A DNA stretch of 59,201 bases, counting the filler, from Platydemus manokwari (taxonomy: Eukaryota), in assembly GCA_037951405.1 (NCBI GenBank). It is 5 parts of 5 records of this genome, joined end to end, with 100 filler letters (N's around TTAATTAATTAA, not from the genome) between each part and the next. Parts side by side here need not be neighbours in the genome. Positions count along the whole stretch, not along the records: positions 36,424 to 48,437 come from JBBMOY010346670.1; positions 48,538 to 59,201 come from JBBMOY011115108.1; 3 more parts are not named here. One strand, written 5' to 3'. The notes beneath the pieces were generated by a model, which was given only the letters and a program-made list of their open reading frames with translations, made no database searches and had not been told where the DNA came from. Each line of letters begins with the position of its first letter. The stretch's first letter is position 1. Of this stretch, positions 46,201 to 59,201 are shown one piece after another. The position numbers and the translations under genes were made by a program.

Positions 46201-48437
46201 GTTGATTATTTTGGAGATTAAGATAGTCGTCGACAGCTTTCCTTAAATTTATCTTCAAGATTTTTCAGTTAAGATTTTTATGAGCGAAGATTTATGATTT
46301 TTGGTGCCTGTTTATATTATTTTAGAAGTGGAAAATTCGCTTTAGAAATTTAAAATATTTTTTCCACTTCAAAATTCAAATTATTTTATTTTCCCAAAAA
46401 TTTAATTCCAACTATTTTATTAATTTTGTTTAATAAATTCTATTATTTTTAGAATTTTTCAGAAATTCCAACAAATTAATTTTGGAATTTTTATATATTA
46501 TTAGCTCACTAAAACAAATTTTTAAATTTTCTAAGTAAAATTTTATTTTCGATATTATTTTTTTAGGCGCGCTATTTATTATTTTTGTCCGATTTTTATT
46601 TTTTTTGCTTTTACGTTTATTTCTACTAAAAATTTCCATTTTTTAAAATTGTAATAGCTGACAAAATGCATTATACATCAAATACCATATGCATTCATAA
46701 TCAAGAAAAGATTTGAGAAATATAATAATACAAGACAAAGACTAGAGAGTTTTTAAATCACAAAATGTAAATGTTTATAGGTATCCGATGTCATACTCCT
46801 CGTTCATGTCTACTTGCTGCGTATCTCCCTTCTCTTGATGTTTCTATTCTTGAGTCTTCTGGGATCGTCGGCTCTGTTTTGACTTTCTTTTGGTTCGCTC
46901 CGACCGACCTTCTCGGGCTTATGCTTCCCTATAAACCACACTGTCCCAGTCTCTAGTTCTCATCCAATATTATCCTGTCGTTGTTGTTTGAGATACTTGG
47001 GGCATCTGGATCTATATTGTTTGAGGCGCTTGGGGCATTTGTGGCACTTTCCCAATATATGTGTTGCGATAGATAGATAATATTTGATAATTCATTGTTA
47101 AAACCCTTTAAGTAGCTGAGCTGTTATTTAAAATTCAAGAGTTTTCAAGAAAAAATATTTAAAATTTAAGATGTACACTTGATGTATGTACAAATTATAA
47201 ACGATGAGTTTCGTTTGTAGAACATTAATAGAATAAATATCTGGTTAAAGTATAATTAAAATTACTATAAGTACAAATTTAAATCAAGTGATAAACAATA
47301 TGATAACTATCAGTAAAATGAAGAAGTAAATTTTAGCAAATAACCATGATTTAAATAATTAGTGATTTAATTTTTTTCTCTATTGTAAGATTATTTTAAG
47401 ATCGAATAATAAATTTATTTTGATCTCTTATGCTTATGTCCGTAAGAGCCCCCCAAGATAACTTATTGATGGTTAGGACTAAACTCGTTGCAGCCAATTT
47501 ACTTCATTAATTTTTCTGATTTTATGAATTTAAAACTTTATTTTAAATTCTAAATGAATGAGATCCAATCTAGAATTATCACTTAGTATGTAAACGCATA
47601 AGCATATAGAAAATTTAATTGAAACAGTATACAATAATTAAACAAACATTTAGATTTCGTTAATGTACTTAATAGGAATATAATAGATCGCAGAAATGCG
47701 ATTATAATTATTTACAATACATTTAAAGGAAGATTTTTCAGATAAGAGTGTAATAATAGCGACATAAAATCGTATTTATTTCACTCGAGTCCTAGACAGT
47801 CGTAGTGCTAGGTTAAAATATTAATCTTCTCATTAGATATAGATAAAGGTGTCGGGTTTGACTTTCTTGTAAATAATTGTCCGATTTCAATTTCAGATGA
47901 CTCTTACAGATAAGATTGTCCGATTTCGAATGTGGATTAAGAATTCTGCGTCTCAATTTTCGCTTAATTACTTATTAAGTTCTTTTACGTATAACTTATT
48001 TTTGGACAAGACTTTGTAAATATTTCTCCTTATATTAATGTTTCTTTGTTTTATGTTTTAGTTAATTTTGGATTTTACTAATATTATTTTTATTCCTTTA
48101 TAATTTTGCTGGAAACTTCGAATTCACTTTCGAAAATTTTTAAGAGTTAATTGTGATGGAAATTCATCACTTTATGTAATTGCTGAAGTTCGGTACTTTA
48201 TGCCTAGGTTTTCCATAACTAAAATTTTTATTTATATTTTTATTCTAATTATTTATGATTTTAAAGTTTTTGACCTTAAAAATGTATTAAATTTTATTAG
48301 CATTAAAAATTGTATTATGTAATTTGTCAGTCTTTAACATTATTAATTAAATTTTTCTATTTCTATTTTTTTCGCTAACTTTTTTTAAAAAATTAATCAA
48401 TTTTCCCAAATAAGTCAATTATTAAATCGAAATAGTC

Positions 48438-48537
48438 NNNNNNNNNNNNNNNNNNNNNNNNNNNNNNNNNNNNNNNNNNNNTTAATTAATTAANNNNNNN
48501 NNNNNNNNNNNNNNNNNNNNNNNNNNNNNNNNNNNNN
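48438..48537. other. Assembly gap with artificial six-frame-stop linker
   Basis: 44 N + TTAATTAATTAA + 44 N. Confidence 0.98.
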
Positions 48538-51500
48538 ATTAAAACCAGAAATCATCTCAGTGTTGGTTTTGAATCCTTAAATAGTAAATCAATAACAATA
48601 AACGACTCAATTATATTGTAACGCATTATAATAAAATTTATATACGTTGGTACCAATATATTTTAAATTAATTACCACAAGTAAATATTTTTAATATTAT
48701 ATATTATATTTTTCCTACGATTTCTTCAATCATAGCACGCTTGAACTCAATTAAAAATCGTTTGAAGGAACAAAATATAACCGCTCTGCAAGAAATCGAT
48801 GAGGAAGAATCCCGTATATATTCTTTAGACAGGAAATTAGATTATATATATATATATAACTGGTTTACATTTGGGGAATCCATTCAACACTATCCCATAG
48901 TTGAATTACTGATGATTGTCATGACGGAGAATAATAAACACCAATATTTATTAAATTATACAACCCTACATGATGAATTATTAATGAAGAATAGGCCAAA
49001 CACAGTTTTATTAATTAATATTAGTTTTACTGACATACAGAATCATTTGGTTAGTTTTTTTTTAAAAAAAATAATAATTGTTCGTCGACTCAGAAAACCG
49101 GGAATAATTTGATATGAAATAATAGATTTTGTCGGAGTTATTCAAATTACTTTTATATTAGTCATGGCCTCAAATTGATTCTGCATGCCATATTTGGCTA
49201 ATTATTTAGTGCTGTAGAAGAATTAAGTAACGAGATTGGTTAGAAATAGAAATTATCTTTATTTAAGTTGCTATTATGTGTCATTGTCAATGATCAAGTA
49301 TAGCAGCTAAAGGTGGAGATAGAGGCTATTTGTCTCGAGCGGCATTATTTGCTCAAAGAAAAATATTTAGAAACAGATATGTATTTAATAAGTTTATTTA
49401 AATAAATTCATATCATGTTGATGTGATTTTAGTAAAAGTAACTGACAAGACATGCTTGGGAGGAACCAACGACTAAAAACAGGATCAGATAATTTTTTTT
49501 AAAAAAATATTAATAATTTCCATCCAATAAGCTCTTTTGGTTTGTTATTGTTCGATGAGCCACCAACTTTGAAATTCTCTCTAAGACAACAGAACTAACT
49601 GAATTGTCTGTCGAAGATGTAATGCGAATAAAGTGTTCAAGATATTATTATATCATAACAAAGAATTGATAAGGTTATCTTCGAACACACTGTCATTGAT
49701 CAAAAAATACACTGCTTAGAGAGAAGATTTGCACTTATCTGGAAAATAATTTATATTGTCAGATATATTCATAAAACTAAAAAAAATTAAATTAAAGAAA
49801 ACGTATTTGTAAGAATAGCTTTAAAAAATGTTATTTCTCTCAGATTTCACTTAAAAATTTATTTTTTTAAAGAAAAATAAATTTTAGATCTAAATTGTAT
49901 GAATTAATTGTTCTTTGTTATCTTGCCTATAAATATCTCGGTTCCAGAGATTAATTAAGCAAATATGAATGGTAGACAATGAGTTGAGTCATTATATAAA
50001 AGATATAATAATAAATATAGAAAATATTATTAAATCATGAAAATATTCCAGTTTTCTTAATTGAGATTTGTCCCCTATTGTTCACTCATCTGAGCTGTGC
50101 TTTGTTCGAGACGAAACAAATAAACAGAAACACAGAGGCAATGGATTCCAGAGAAAAAATCAAAAAACATTTGTCTCGTTCGATCATAGTCTTTGTTCTC
50201 AGAAAAAACAAGCAAAGCCTCAACGATGAAAAGTCAATGGTTTTGTCATAACCCCACCAAGTCAATCAAGATAAAGACAGTTATGTTATTCAAGAGAACT
50301 GATCATTGTCATAAATCATGCATAAATTTGGAGGCACATAAATGCCGTGTACAGAAGCACATAATTTTGGTCAAACACAAAAACCAGGATTCAAATTTTG
50401 ATTTTTTGAGAAACATTAAGATCTAGACTTAATACAAACAGATAACGAGGATAAGTCGGAGAAGCAAAACTAGAAACTGATTACCGAGTTTTCATCATCA
50501 TTCTGTAAATCACAGTAACATTTTATTACCAACAGGATTAATAATCTATCGAATTTCAGAAGCCATTTCCTAGTAGTATTTTTTTCAATAAATCAAATAC
50601 TATATTACTGTGTTGATTCATTGAAAATCATTTAACGATAAATATCTCGGCATATTATCCCTCTTTCGTTCAATTTCGAAGGTGGTTGATGCTCATTATA
50701 TCACTATATTATTGAATTAATCGTTATTAAATCAATCAATTCCATATTAGATATATATATATATTAGATATATATCAGATACAGAAGTCAGACGTCGAGA
50801 GATAATTGTGTTTCATGACATCTTTACAAATTGCATATTTATAATTCAGTTAATAGCACATTTTTAGAAAGACGAAAAGGAGCAAAGCAGAGTTGCTAAA
50901 TCATGTTTCTATTCTAATCACAAAAGTTCTTTATGATTTTTTAAATTTAAATTTTTTAATTATGAATGGATTTAGAAAACTCCTGACTTGTTTAGCAATC
51001 CATTATTTAGAGCATCCTTCAATTTACTTCTGATGTTAAACAAGAGATGCTTGAAATTTAATATAATTTGACCCGTTTTTCAAGTTATTAATTATTTGAA
51101 AATTTTAAAGCAACTTCAGCAAACAATCCAAATTATCTTTAATAATCATAATTAGATAAACCATATGGTTTTATGCAATGTACTCAACAAATTAAAAATT
51201 TTATTTTTGAATCGATTTTCTAAACTTAAGACAATTTTTGGTTTATTTTATAATTATTGACATTTAACATACTTTATAGATTTTAGACATCAACGAATAG
51301 AACCACTAGCTTTGGTAAGTCCGAAGTAATATACTTTGGATATAAACGTTACTAGACTATATCTTTCAGATAACAGAATCAAGAAAATTTCCTAATATCA
51401 CTAGTTATTCTTATAGTTCTGAATGTCTGGACGACCTCATGTTTCAGTTTGTTGGAGTCTCAGCATAGTTTTTTTCCTTTGAAATAAATTACTAAAGCTT

Positions 51501-51869
51501 TTCATTGTGAAATGAGATTACACTACTTAATGTGTTATTATTACATAACCTGGTATAAAATTTGGATATTTTTAAATTATAATTAAGTTGTTAACTTTTA
51601 TTTCATTATTATAAATGGATGTTGAGTTCATTAGCGTGCATTAATAACATATACTACTATAATTCTTTGTCAAGATCCACGTCTCAATGAAATCGAGTTT
51701 TTAAATGCACATTCAATCCGGAATTGTTAGTCGGTAAATTATTAGATTAAAAAGCGGATTTAAGATGAATGACAACCCTAAGTTCGAATTTCAAATAAAA
51801 CCTAATATCAATGATATTTAAATAATTTTATTATAAAACAAGAGAATCTAAGTAGGACAAAGTTTCCTT

Positions 51870-52787
51870 TTACAATCTAAATTTAACATAAAAATCTTTA
51901 AATTTATCGAATCCTGCCAATACACCAGCACCGGCTATTCCCCTTAAAATATTTGTTCCAGATCCTCTCATCATTGATGTAAAACCTTCGTTTTTCATTA
52001 TTTGGACTCCACAATCGATTGCACTTTTGTATTTAAACTTTTGACCCGACGTCATCATCATTCTTCTTCTTATTGTATCAATTGGATAAGAAATCAAACC
52101 AGAAGCAACTGTCACACCATAACCAAGACCAAAACAGGCCAACAGGCTTCCATTGTCACCCAATAATATGGGTTTCAGAGAATCATAAAATCCAAAATAG
52201 CATCCCCGATATACAATGATACCAGCGCATGAAATGTAAAAGCCTCGATATAACCCTGCAATCCCATCGGATTTAAGGGTCTTCTTATAAACATCAATCA
52301 TTCCATTGAACTGTCTTTGCCCTCCTCTTACACTTGATTTGGCATCGTTTGCTAGACGCGTTCTGGTATAATCTAAAGAATAAACAAACATCAACGATAG
52401 GGCTCCTGCGGCACCCCCACTAGCAACGTTTTTCGCGAACAATACACTATATGAATCTGAAGGTTTTTGATCAAACATGATTTTTATCTGATCCTTAAAT
52501 GCAAAATTCAATGCTTGTGTAGGGAAATATCGGATACAATTTGCTAAATTTCCTCTCCAAAATGATATGGTGCCTTCGTTTTTGAATGTTCTCACAGTGC
52601 AATCGACCACTCCGTTGTAGGGTTTGTCAAGAATGCCTTGTTTAAGCATTTCGCTTTGATTCTGAACCATTAATTTGATTCTCTCTATTGGTGCAGCTGC
52701 TGACTTTGAAATCACAGCTGCTACACCACTGAGTAGAAAATTTTCGCCGAAGGACAAATCTTTGATGTACTTTCCACCTTCACTCAT
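51870..52787 (-). CDS. ANT: Mitochondrial ADP/ATP translocase (ANT/AAC, SLC25 family), complete, CDS intronless
   Basis: 305-aa ORF with three carrier repeats (PIERIK, SLDYTR, PIDTIR), [30 protein letters not shown] and the AAC signature RRRMMM. AATAAA lies about 35-40 nt downstream of the stop. Confidence 0.99.
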   Translation of the reverse strand: MSEGGKYIKDLSFGENFLLSGVAAVISKSAAAPIERIKLMVQNQSEMLKQGILDKPYNGVVDCTVRTFKNEGTISFWRGNLANCIRYFPTQALNFAFKDQIKIMFDQKPSDSYSVLFAKNVASGGAAGALSLMFVYSLDYTRTRLANDAKSSVRGGQRQFNGMIDVYKKTLKSDGIAGLYRGFYISCAGIIVYRGCYFGFYDSLKPILLGDNGSLLACFGLGYGVTVASGLISYPIDTIRRRMMMTSGQKFKYKSAIDCGVQIMKNEGFTSMMRGSGTNILRGIAGAGVLAGFDKFKDFYVKFRL

Positions 52788-54699
52788 CTGGAGAATTTTG
52801 ATAATTAATTAAAATGCTCTTAACACAAATGAAATTAAAACAAAAGTATTATTTCAAGGAATAAATATTGTCCATTTATGAATTTTATTGATTTGATAAT
52901 AAAATTTTAAAAATAATAATTAATTTTGTTTACTTAATTAAATTTAATTTTAAATTTTTTATTATTAATTATAATTTAATTAAATTTTAATTGATTTAAA
53001 AATTAAAAATTAAAAATTATTCTAAGTAAATTCAAATAAAAATAATTGTTGTGTTTAAATGAGTTAAACAACTATAAGTCATTATAAAATACAGATGAAC
53101 AATATAATAATAATAATAATAATATCGATAAGAAAAAACATAATTGCATGTCAAATAATATTTAAACCATAAAATCTTTTTCACAAAATAATAGCATATA
53201 CCAAGTCTTTTCTAAAAATTAATTAACGTTATATTGTAATTTATTTTCTATTAAAATAACCATCTAACTAATTAAATGTAAAATTATCTAACAAAACAAC
53301 TTAATTTAATTTCGATCGATATAATCGATCAACTAAAATCAATTAATAAATTAGAGAAAAAATAACTGCAGTGAACGATGTAATTTCGATTTCACAAATT
53401 GTAATCCGTTTTATAATGAATTCCCAGTAAAAAAAAATGGAGTTTATTTGATCTAATAATGAAAATTTCTCCATATGTATCAGGAGAATACATTTTTCTC
53501 GGATTTGAACTAAAAATAATAAGGATTTCATAATCATTATTTTATAACGAAATATTATTGTTGCATAATGAATATTGAATAATAGTAAATGGTATTTGCC
53601 GAATGGCATTCCAACTTAGATTTATATAGAAAGTATTCAGTGAATGAAAATATTTGTTTACCACCATAAAAATTAGATAAAACATTTATATTGTTGAAAT
53701 TTCTATTTTGTAGACGAACGAGTATCAACAGGCTTTACTGGATTTAAAGAACGATTTAATTGATTTAATAAGAAGTAATTGTTTAAGTTTCAAATTACCA
53801 ATATCCTCCAAGTTGTATTGAAATACTTCTGATGTCCATAGAAACGGAAAACCAAGCTAAATATAAAAATATCATTATCATTCAAGCTATTGTCAAAGAT
53901 TAAGAGATCGGGTTTTCGATGTTCTTTCTCCTTAGATATCCGTAGATATGAAACGTTGGATGTACCCATACTTCAAAAGAAAAATACTTAAGTTAGAAAT
54001 CACAATATTTTTTTATACATTGTTATTAGCATTATTATCTTGTAATTTTAAGAATAAAATGAATGAAATGGAATTCCGTGGCTAACTGGGTGTTTGTACA
54101 GTTTCATACCCACAACAAGGTTGAAAGTAATGCAATAGATACTCTATAATATTCTATATGATAAATTTTATCGAGTATGTTAAAATTGAAAACCTTTTCA
54201 CCAAATAAACCACTTTCAAATGTTGACACATAGCACGAGTTTAATCTGATAGACCTAAACCAAACAACCAATAGGAATTGGATAGACAATTCAATACAAT
54301 AAGTAATTCTGTGTTAGTCTGAAAAATTATTTGGAAAAATCATATGTTGAAAACTAACCAATTAAAATTGACTTCAATCAATAGTCAATGAAGTTTAATT
54401 TCCGATACAACCTATTTACAAATTCCTGGTTATTCGAAAATAATATAGAAATGCAAATGTTATGATCTCCAGATATAATATGATCTATTCTCGACATGAT
54501 TCTCTTAATAAAATACAGTTGAGAAATTATTAATTACACTTCACAAACGATATTCGTGAAGATGGAAAAGTTGATGGGTCTCTAATCTTTGTCAAGATCA
54601 TTTTATTTAATTTTAGGTTATCGATAAATTGAATAATCTCATCCAGTGAATAATTATGTAAACTACCTGCTGATATATTTAAGTCGACTTATCAATTCG

Positions 54700-57470
54700 C
54701 AATCTAATACAGAATATAATTTATATGTCTAATAATAGTGAGCACCTTATTAGTAATATATTTCAAGATCAGTATTCATCAACCCTTTAAAAATGATCCT
54801 GTAGTAATGGTAGTTTTCATAAGGTACTATTGAAGAGCATATTTTCCAAAATGCTCCTAAAACTGCTTCACTCGTTTCCAAACCCATAATTTACTGTGTA
54901 TTCTGTTATCATAGTTCATTCCGAACGAATTGGCGCTATTTTTATATTCCATCTCATGTTTTACCAATATATTGTTTATCAACTAAAATTTACTGACGAA
55001 CTTTCCGCAGATTCACTCAGCAATTAAATCGTCTTGTTGATGGTTTTCCAAAACTTTTCAAAATACAATTTCTTCTATTTCTCTTCCTCTGAAATGAATG
55101 ATTTTTGTAATCACTGCTTAGTTCGGTAGATAAAGTCGAAATCTATAAAATGCGGCTCCACGAATTATCATTGTAGATATCCATCAATTCAACTTCAGGT
55201 TTCAAATTATTAGAGTATTCCACTTCGTTTACACTACTGGTTTTTGGTACTCCAATTTGACCCGTGCTTCTTTTCCAGTGATGGATTTCTCACTGGAGAA
55301 AATTCGTCTTGGTGCCTGAGATTATGCACGCGGTGGCAATTATCTGAATAATTTGTTGGTTCAATCAAAGCTTCTTCAAAATTGGTTTCTTCGGTTTTTG
55401 CTCTCCAAAATCAAAACATACCGATAATAAATATCTTAAATAAATTTTCTAATATCTTAGTATTTTTAATTTTTTGCGTATTTTTATATTCAACCTGAGT
55501 TCGTCTATTGGGAATTTGACGTCAAAATGGAAGATTGTTGATGGCAGTTTGTTTACCATTTGTAGATTCACTCACGATGTGAAATTGGTGAGCTGACATT
55601 TCTTCTCAACGTTGATACTTCAGTCGGTATTGTTGTTAATCTCCTATTTAAGTATTTCCTTGATCTTGTTGTGCCGATACATTACAAAAGAACTTAACTT
55701 TGTAAAGACATTTTCTACAGAAATCCTTAGTATATATTTTTTGATGAGTATCGGTTCTGGTCTTCTTAAAACGTAAAAATCGCAAACATACTGGGTGTTA
55801 TAAAACACAATTTTTCCCCACTCAGAAGCATAACTGCTCTTTCAATCCCTTTTTAAATGATGTAGATAATTTATTTGATATTAATGCATCGAGTATTGTT
55901 GAAGGAATTTCGGAATCCCTTTGATCCTCAAATCCCGAACAGTGGCATCACGCATCAAGATATGTTTTCTAAAAGCTCCTTGACCGTGTGTCTAATGACC
56001 TCTCGAATTTTCCTTCGCCAGAGATTGCTGATGTCGGTCCGTTTAATAAGTGAGTTTAGTAAGACAACGAAATCTTTTAGAGACCTAGTTTGATTCTTTA
56101 AGAGACACATCATTTCACATCGTCAACAGCAATGTTCTTCACAAGTTCGTGAAGGCCGGAGAGTATTTAAAGACCGCACATGATGAATCATGTATTCTTA
56201 TGATATGTAATGAAGACTAAAGCCTTCATTAAATTTTGTTTAATAAATATAATTTGATAAACATAAATTTAATAAGGTTTTCTGGTCTTTTATCTTCTGA
56301 ATGTATTGTTCAAAGTCATTCTGAACAATTTATTTGGAAAATTATTAGCGACGCCACTTACATTTCTTAGATTCTGATACAAAGATGCCTCACCGAACTA
56401 TGTTGCAGATAGTGTTGATGTTGATTTGCAATGGTTTGGAGTAAGACTGATATTAATCGAGGGGCCAACTATCAAAAAATATTCTCTGAATTAGTCGTGT
56501 AGCATTTTCACGTGCCTTGGACAATCTCTTTTGGTTCCAAATTAGAATGCCAATATTGTTTATGAAATCACTGATAGATATTCATTTATCTGCTCTGAGG
56601 TTACTGAGTTAACAAATACCACGTCAAGAGTCTATTTTTTGGACTTCAAAAGGATTGGAGGAAGCAATATCATGATTTGTGAAATATTTAAATTATGGAT
56701 ACTGAATAATGCTGTTGATAAGACCAAGATCGAGTTCTAGCTCAATTAATTGGTTCAATACCAGGAACTTTCCAGATTTAAATTATTTTTTGTGGAAGAT
56801 CTGTGAAAGAAAATACACATAGTCATTCTTGTTATTTTCAACTTGTTCTAGACCGCATCAAGTCCAGAAAGAGTTTTGCGAGTACAAATTGCCATCAACT
56901 GGTTAGATAAAGCGGCACCAATTTCGGATTTACCTTATATTGACTTTAGTAATAGAGAGATATTTGTAAAGATTCTTCGGGTAACCGCAGACTAATGGAC
57001 CGTTATCGAAATTATTTTTTCAGTACATCTGCTGAAGTTTCCACAAAGATGTGGAGAAAAGTTGATTTGTTCTAAGCAGATTTTTCTTTTCAATGCTATT
57101 AAAATTACTACACACTTTCGTTTCAACCATGGACAAGAAAGCATTGTTAAGAGGAACAATGACATCTTCGATTCTTAGACAAAACAAAGTCAAATGCTTA
57201 TCTTCAATGTTGATAGAAGTTAGTACAAGCACACACTACGAGAAAGAAGAGAGGCTCATACGCACATCCAGAAGATTAGGTCGTTTAAAGAAAATCTAAG
57301 AACTGTAATGTCCTGTAAAGATAGTTTGATGAAAAAAAGCATTTGCAGTAGCATTTTTCATCTATGTAGTCTTCGGATAACGGACTCAGGATAGTGTGGG
57401 TTTAAAAATCGCTCCGGACGTGTCCACAATTACAAAACCCCAATATGTCTGGTTTCGGTCCTGTAAAGTT
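54700..57470. pseudogene. Unidentified decayed coding-like block (virus- or transposon-derived?)
   Basis: GC visibly above background, with long frames carrying few stops (plus strand about 56850-57470; minus strand about 56170-55500) separated by short AT-rich spacers. No family recognised. Confidence 0.4.
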
Positions 57471-59104
57471 TTGGCTTTGAATAATTACAAACCATATACG
57501 AATGGTATTATCTAATTATATTGGATATAAGAAAAACACAATTCCTCTAACAGACTTCATTGACTAAAACTTACTTAACTGAACAAATCAATAATCCAAT
57601 GAAATAACTTTTCAGTACCATAAAAAACGCATCTTTTGGTTAATAATATTTCTCTCTGAATTAAATCGAAACTTATACTTAATATTACATGGATTTTTAG
57701 GACGCATCTGTCAATCAAATTTTCTGTCTCAAATGCTAAGATTCACTTTCTAGATATCTTATTGTTTATTGAAAATGGGTTTCTTTGTTTGTAAGCCTGT
57801 CTGAGATCGAAATTTACATCTGATAAAATCTTGATGCTTCATAATTTTTCACTCTTTAGCTTACATATAATCTTATTAAATGTATGAATGCATAGAAGAA
57901 TATAAATAATTCGTGTTTTACAATTCACTTGACAATACCGTATATAATTCTCTGATATTGTATAATCAAATATAATTCATGGATTTTATAAATAAATAAG
58001 ATTCGACTCAAATTTTTTATATTAACATAGACTCAATATTTGAACAGGACAGTTTGGAAAATGATAGTAATTGTTATTAGTTCCATAATAAACAATATGA
58101 ATAAACTTGAATAACTAGATCAAAAACAAGAAAAGTGCTTTGAAATAAACATCAGAAGGGTGAATACGCACAGACATTATGAGCACACTTGCCAGTAGTC
58201 AATCAGATGCTCCCAAAATATCAATTCATAAATTGAATTAAATCGAGAATAGGAGCACAATCAAACAATAAACAACGAGATAAACAAATGGCTTAGAAGA
58301 TCGAAGAAAATTTGTGAATAAACTAGATTTAGGCGGTATTAACAGATAAAAAAGCAAAGCTACTAGACAGCAGGTAAACCTACTAGACTAGACTATAAAA
58401 GGAGCTGAATGCCGACAGAAATCGCCAGTCTTTCATATTCGGAACTTTTTATCCGTCGCAATTTCTTCTCTGACTTCAATCTTTTATTATTTTTGTCGCA
58501 TTTTATCTTTCGGGTGCTGATCTCGTTGTGAACTGATAATTGAATTTTTTCTTTCGTACATGATTTCGAGCATGGTCTTAAATTGTACAAATGAGATTCA
58601 TAATTATAACTTTGAATATTTAGCACTAGTAGATACCTAACACAATTTAAAATAGATATTGAAAAAAATCATTTCACATCAACTAGAACTTTTGTATTGT
58701 CGAAATTAAAACCACTTTATTCTGTGATTTTTAAAGAAAAATACTATCAAAGACAATCGTTTTCATGCTCGAAATTATTTATTGTTGTAACTGAGATGAT
58801 TATTTAAACTATTATTTACATTAGAATCAATTATTTTCGCTACAAACCATTTAGACGATTTCGAATATTAATTATAAATTTTAATTTAATTTAATTTTAA
58901 TTCCTATAAATATTTCTAATAATTTGTTTGAAAGAATCATTAAAGAAATAATTATTATTTTAATTATTATCATTATTATAATGAGTATTATTATTGTTTA
59001 CAATTATTGTTTTGTTGCGATATTTATTGATAATTTTAATTATTATTGTTATTTCCATCGATTATAATAATAATACCACAGATTATATTTGTTAATATCA
59101 TTTT

Positions 59105-59117
59105 TTAATTATTATTA

Positions 59118-59155
<38 letters not shown>

Positions 59156-59201
59156 GTTGTTGTTGTTTTTGTTATAAACATTATTATTATTATTGTTAAT
59201 A
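59105..59201. repeat. (ATT)n/(GTT)n compound microsatellite
   Basis: Long ATT run grading into GTT units at the window end. Confidence 0.9.

Noticed and set aside
37400-51800. Short 60-123 aa ORFs in the track (e.g. 43676, 44162, 45288, 46430, 48741, 50193)
   Set aside because: I/F/L/K/N-biased, often non-ATG starts, and no motifs or splice support; consistent with chance ORFs or heavily decayed repeats.

Overview
Very AT-rich, intron-containing eukaryotic genomic DNA, not prokaryotic, so most entries in the supplied ORF track are exon fragments or chance ORFs. Short introns (about 45-70 nt), (AAT)n tracts and a flatworm-type ADP/ATP carrier suggest a free-living flatworm such as a triclad planarian; this is inference only. 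The window is five contigs joined by artificial 100-nt spacers (44 N + TTAATTAATTAA + 44 N). Four host genes were reconstructed by hand: (1) the 3' part of a KIF2/kinesin-13 gene (minus strand, 9 exons, 8050-3040); (2) a 5'-truncated 10-exon plus-strand gene (9393-11879) encoding a Ser/Thr-rich and Cys/Pro/His-rich stalk followed by two tandem, highly divergent hemopexin-like propellers with duplicated intron positions, the most novel-looking object here; (3) the last two exons of a Na+/K+-ATPase beta subunit (minus strand, 35468-28949); (4) a complete ADP/ATP translocase with an intronless CDS (minus strand, 52787-51870). The rest is largely decayed mobile DNA: a Maverick/Polinton-type protein-primed PolB remnant, a mariner, two Tc1/Tc3-like derivatives (one with clean TIRs), an LTR-retrotransposon gag, and an unidentified virus-like decayed coding block near 54.7-57.5 kb. 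RFX X-box-like motifs occur in a kinesin intron and as a pair near 13.8 kb.
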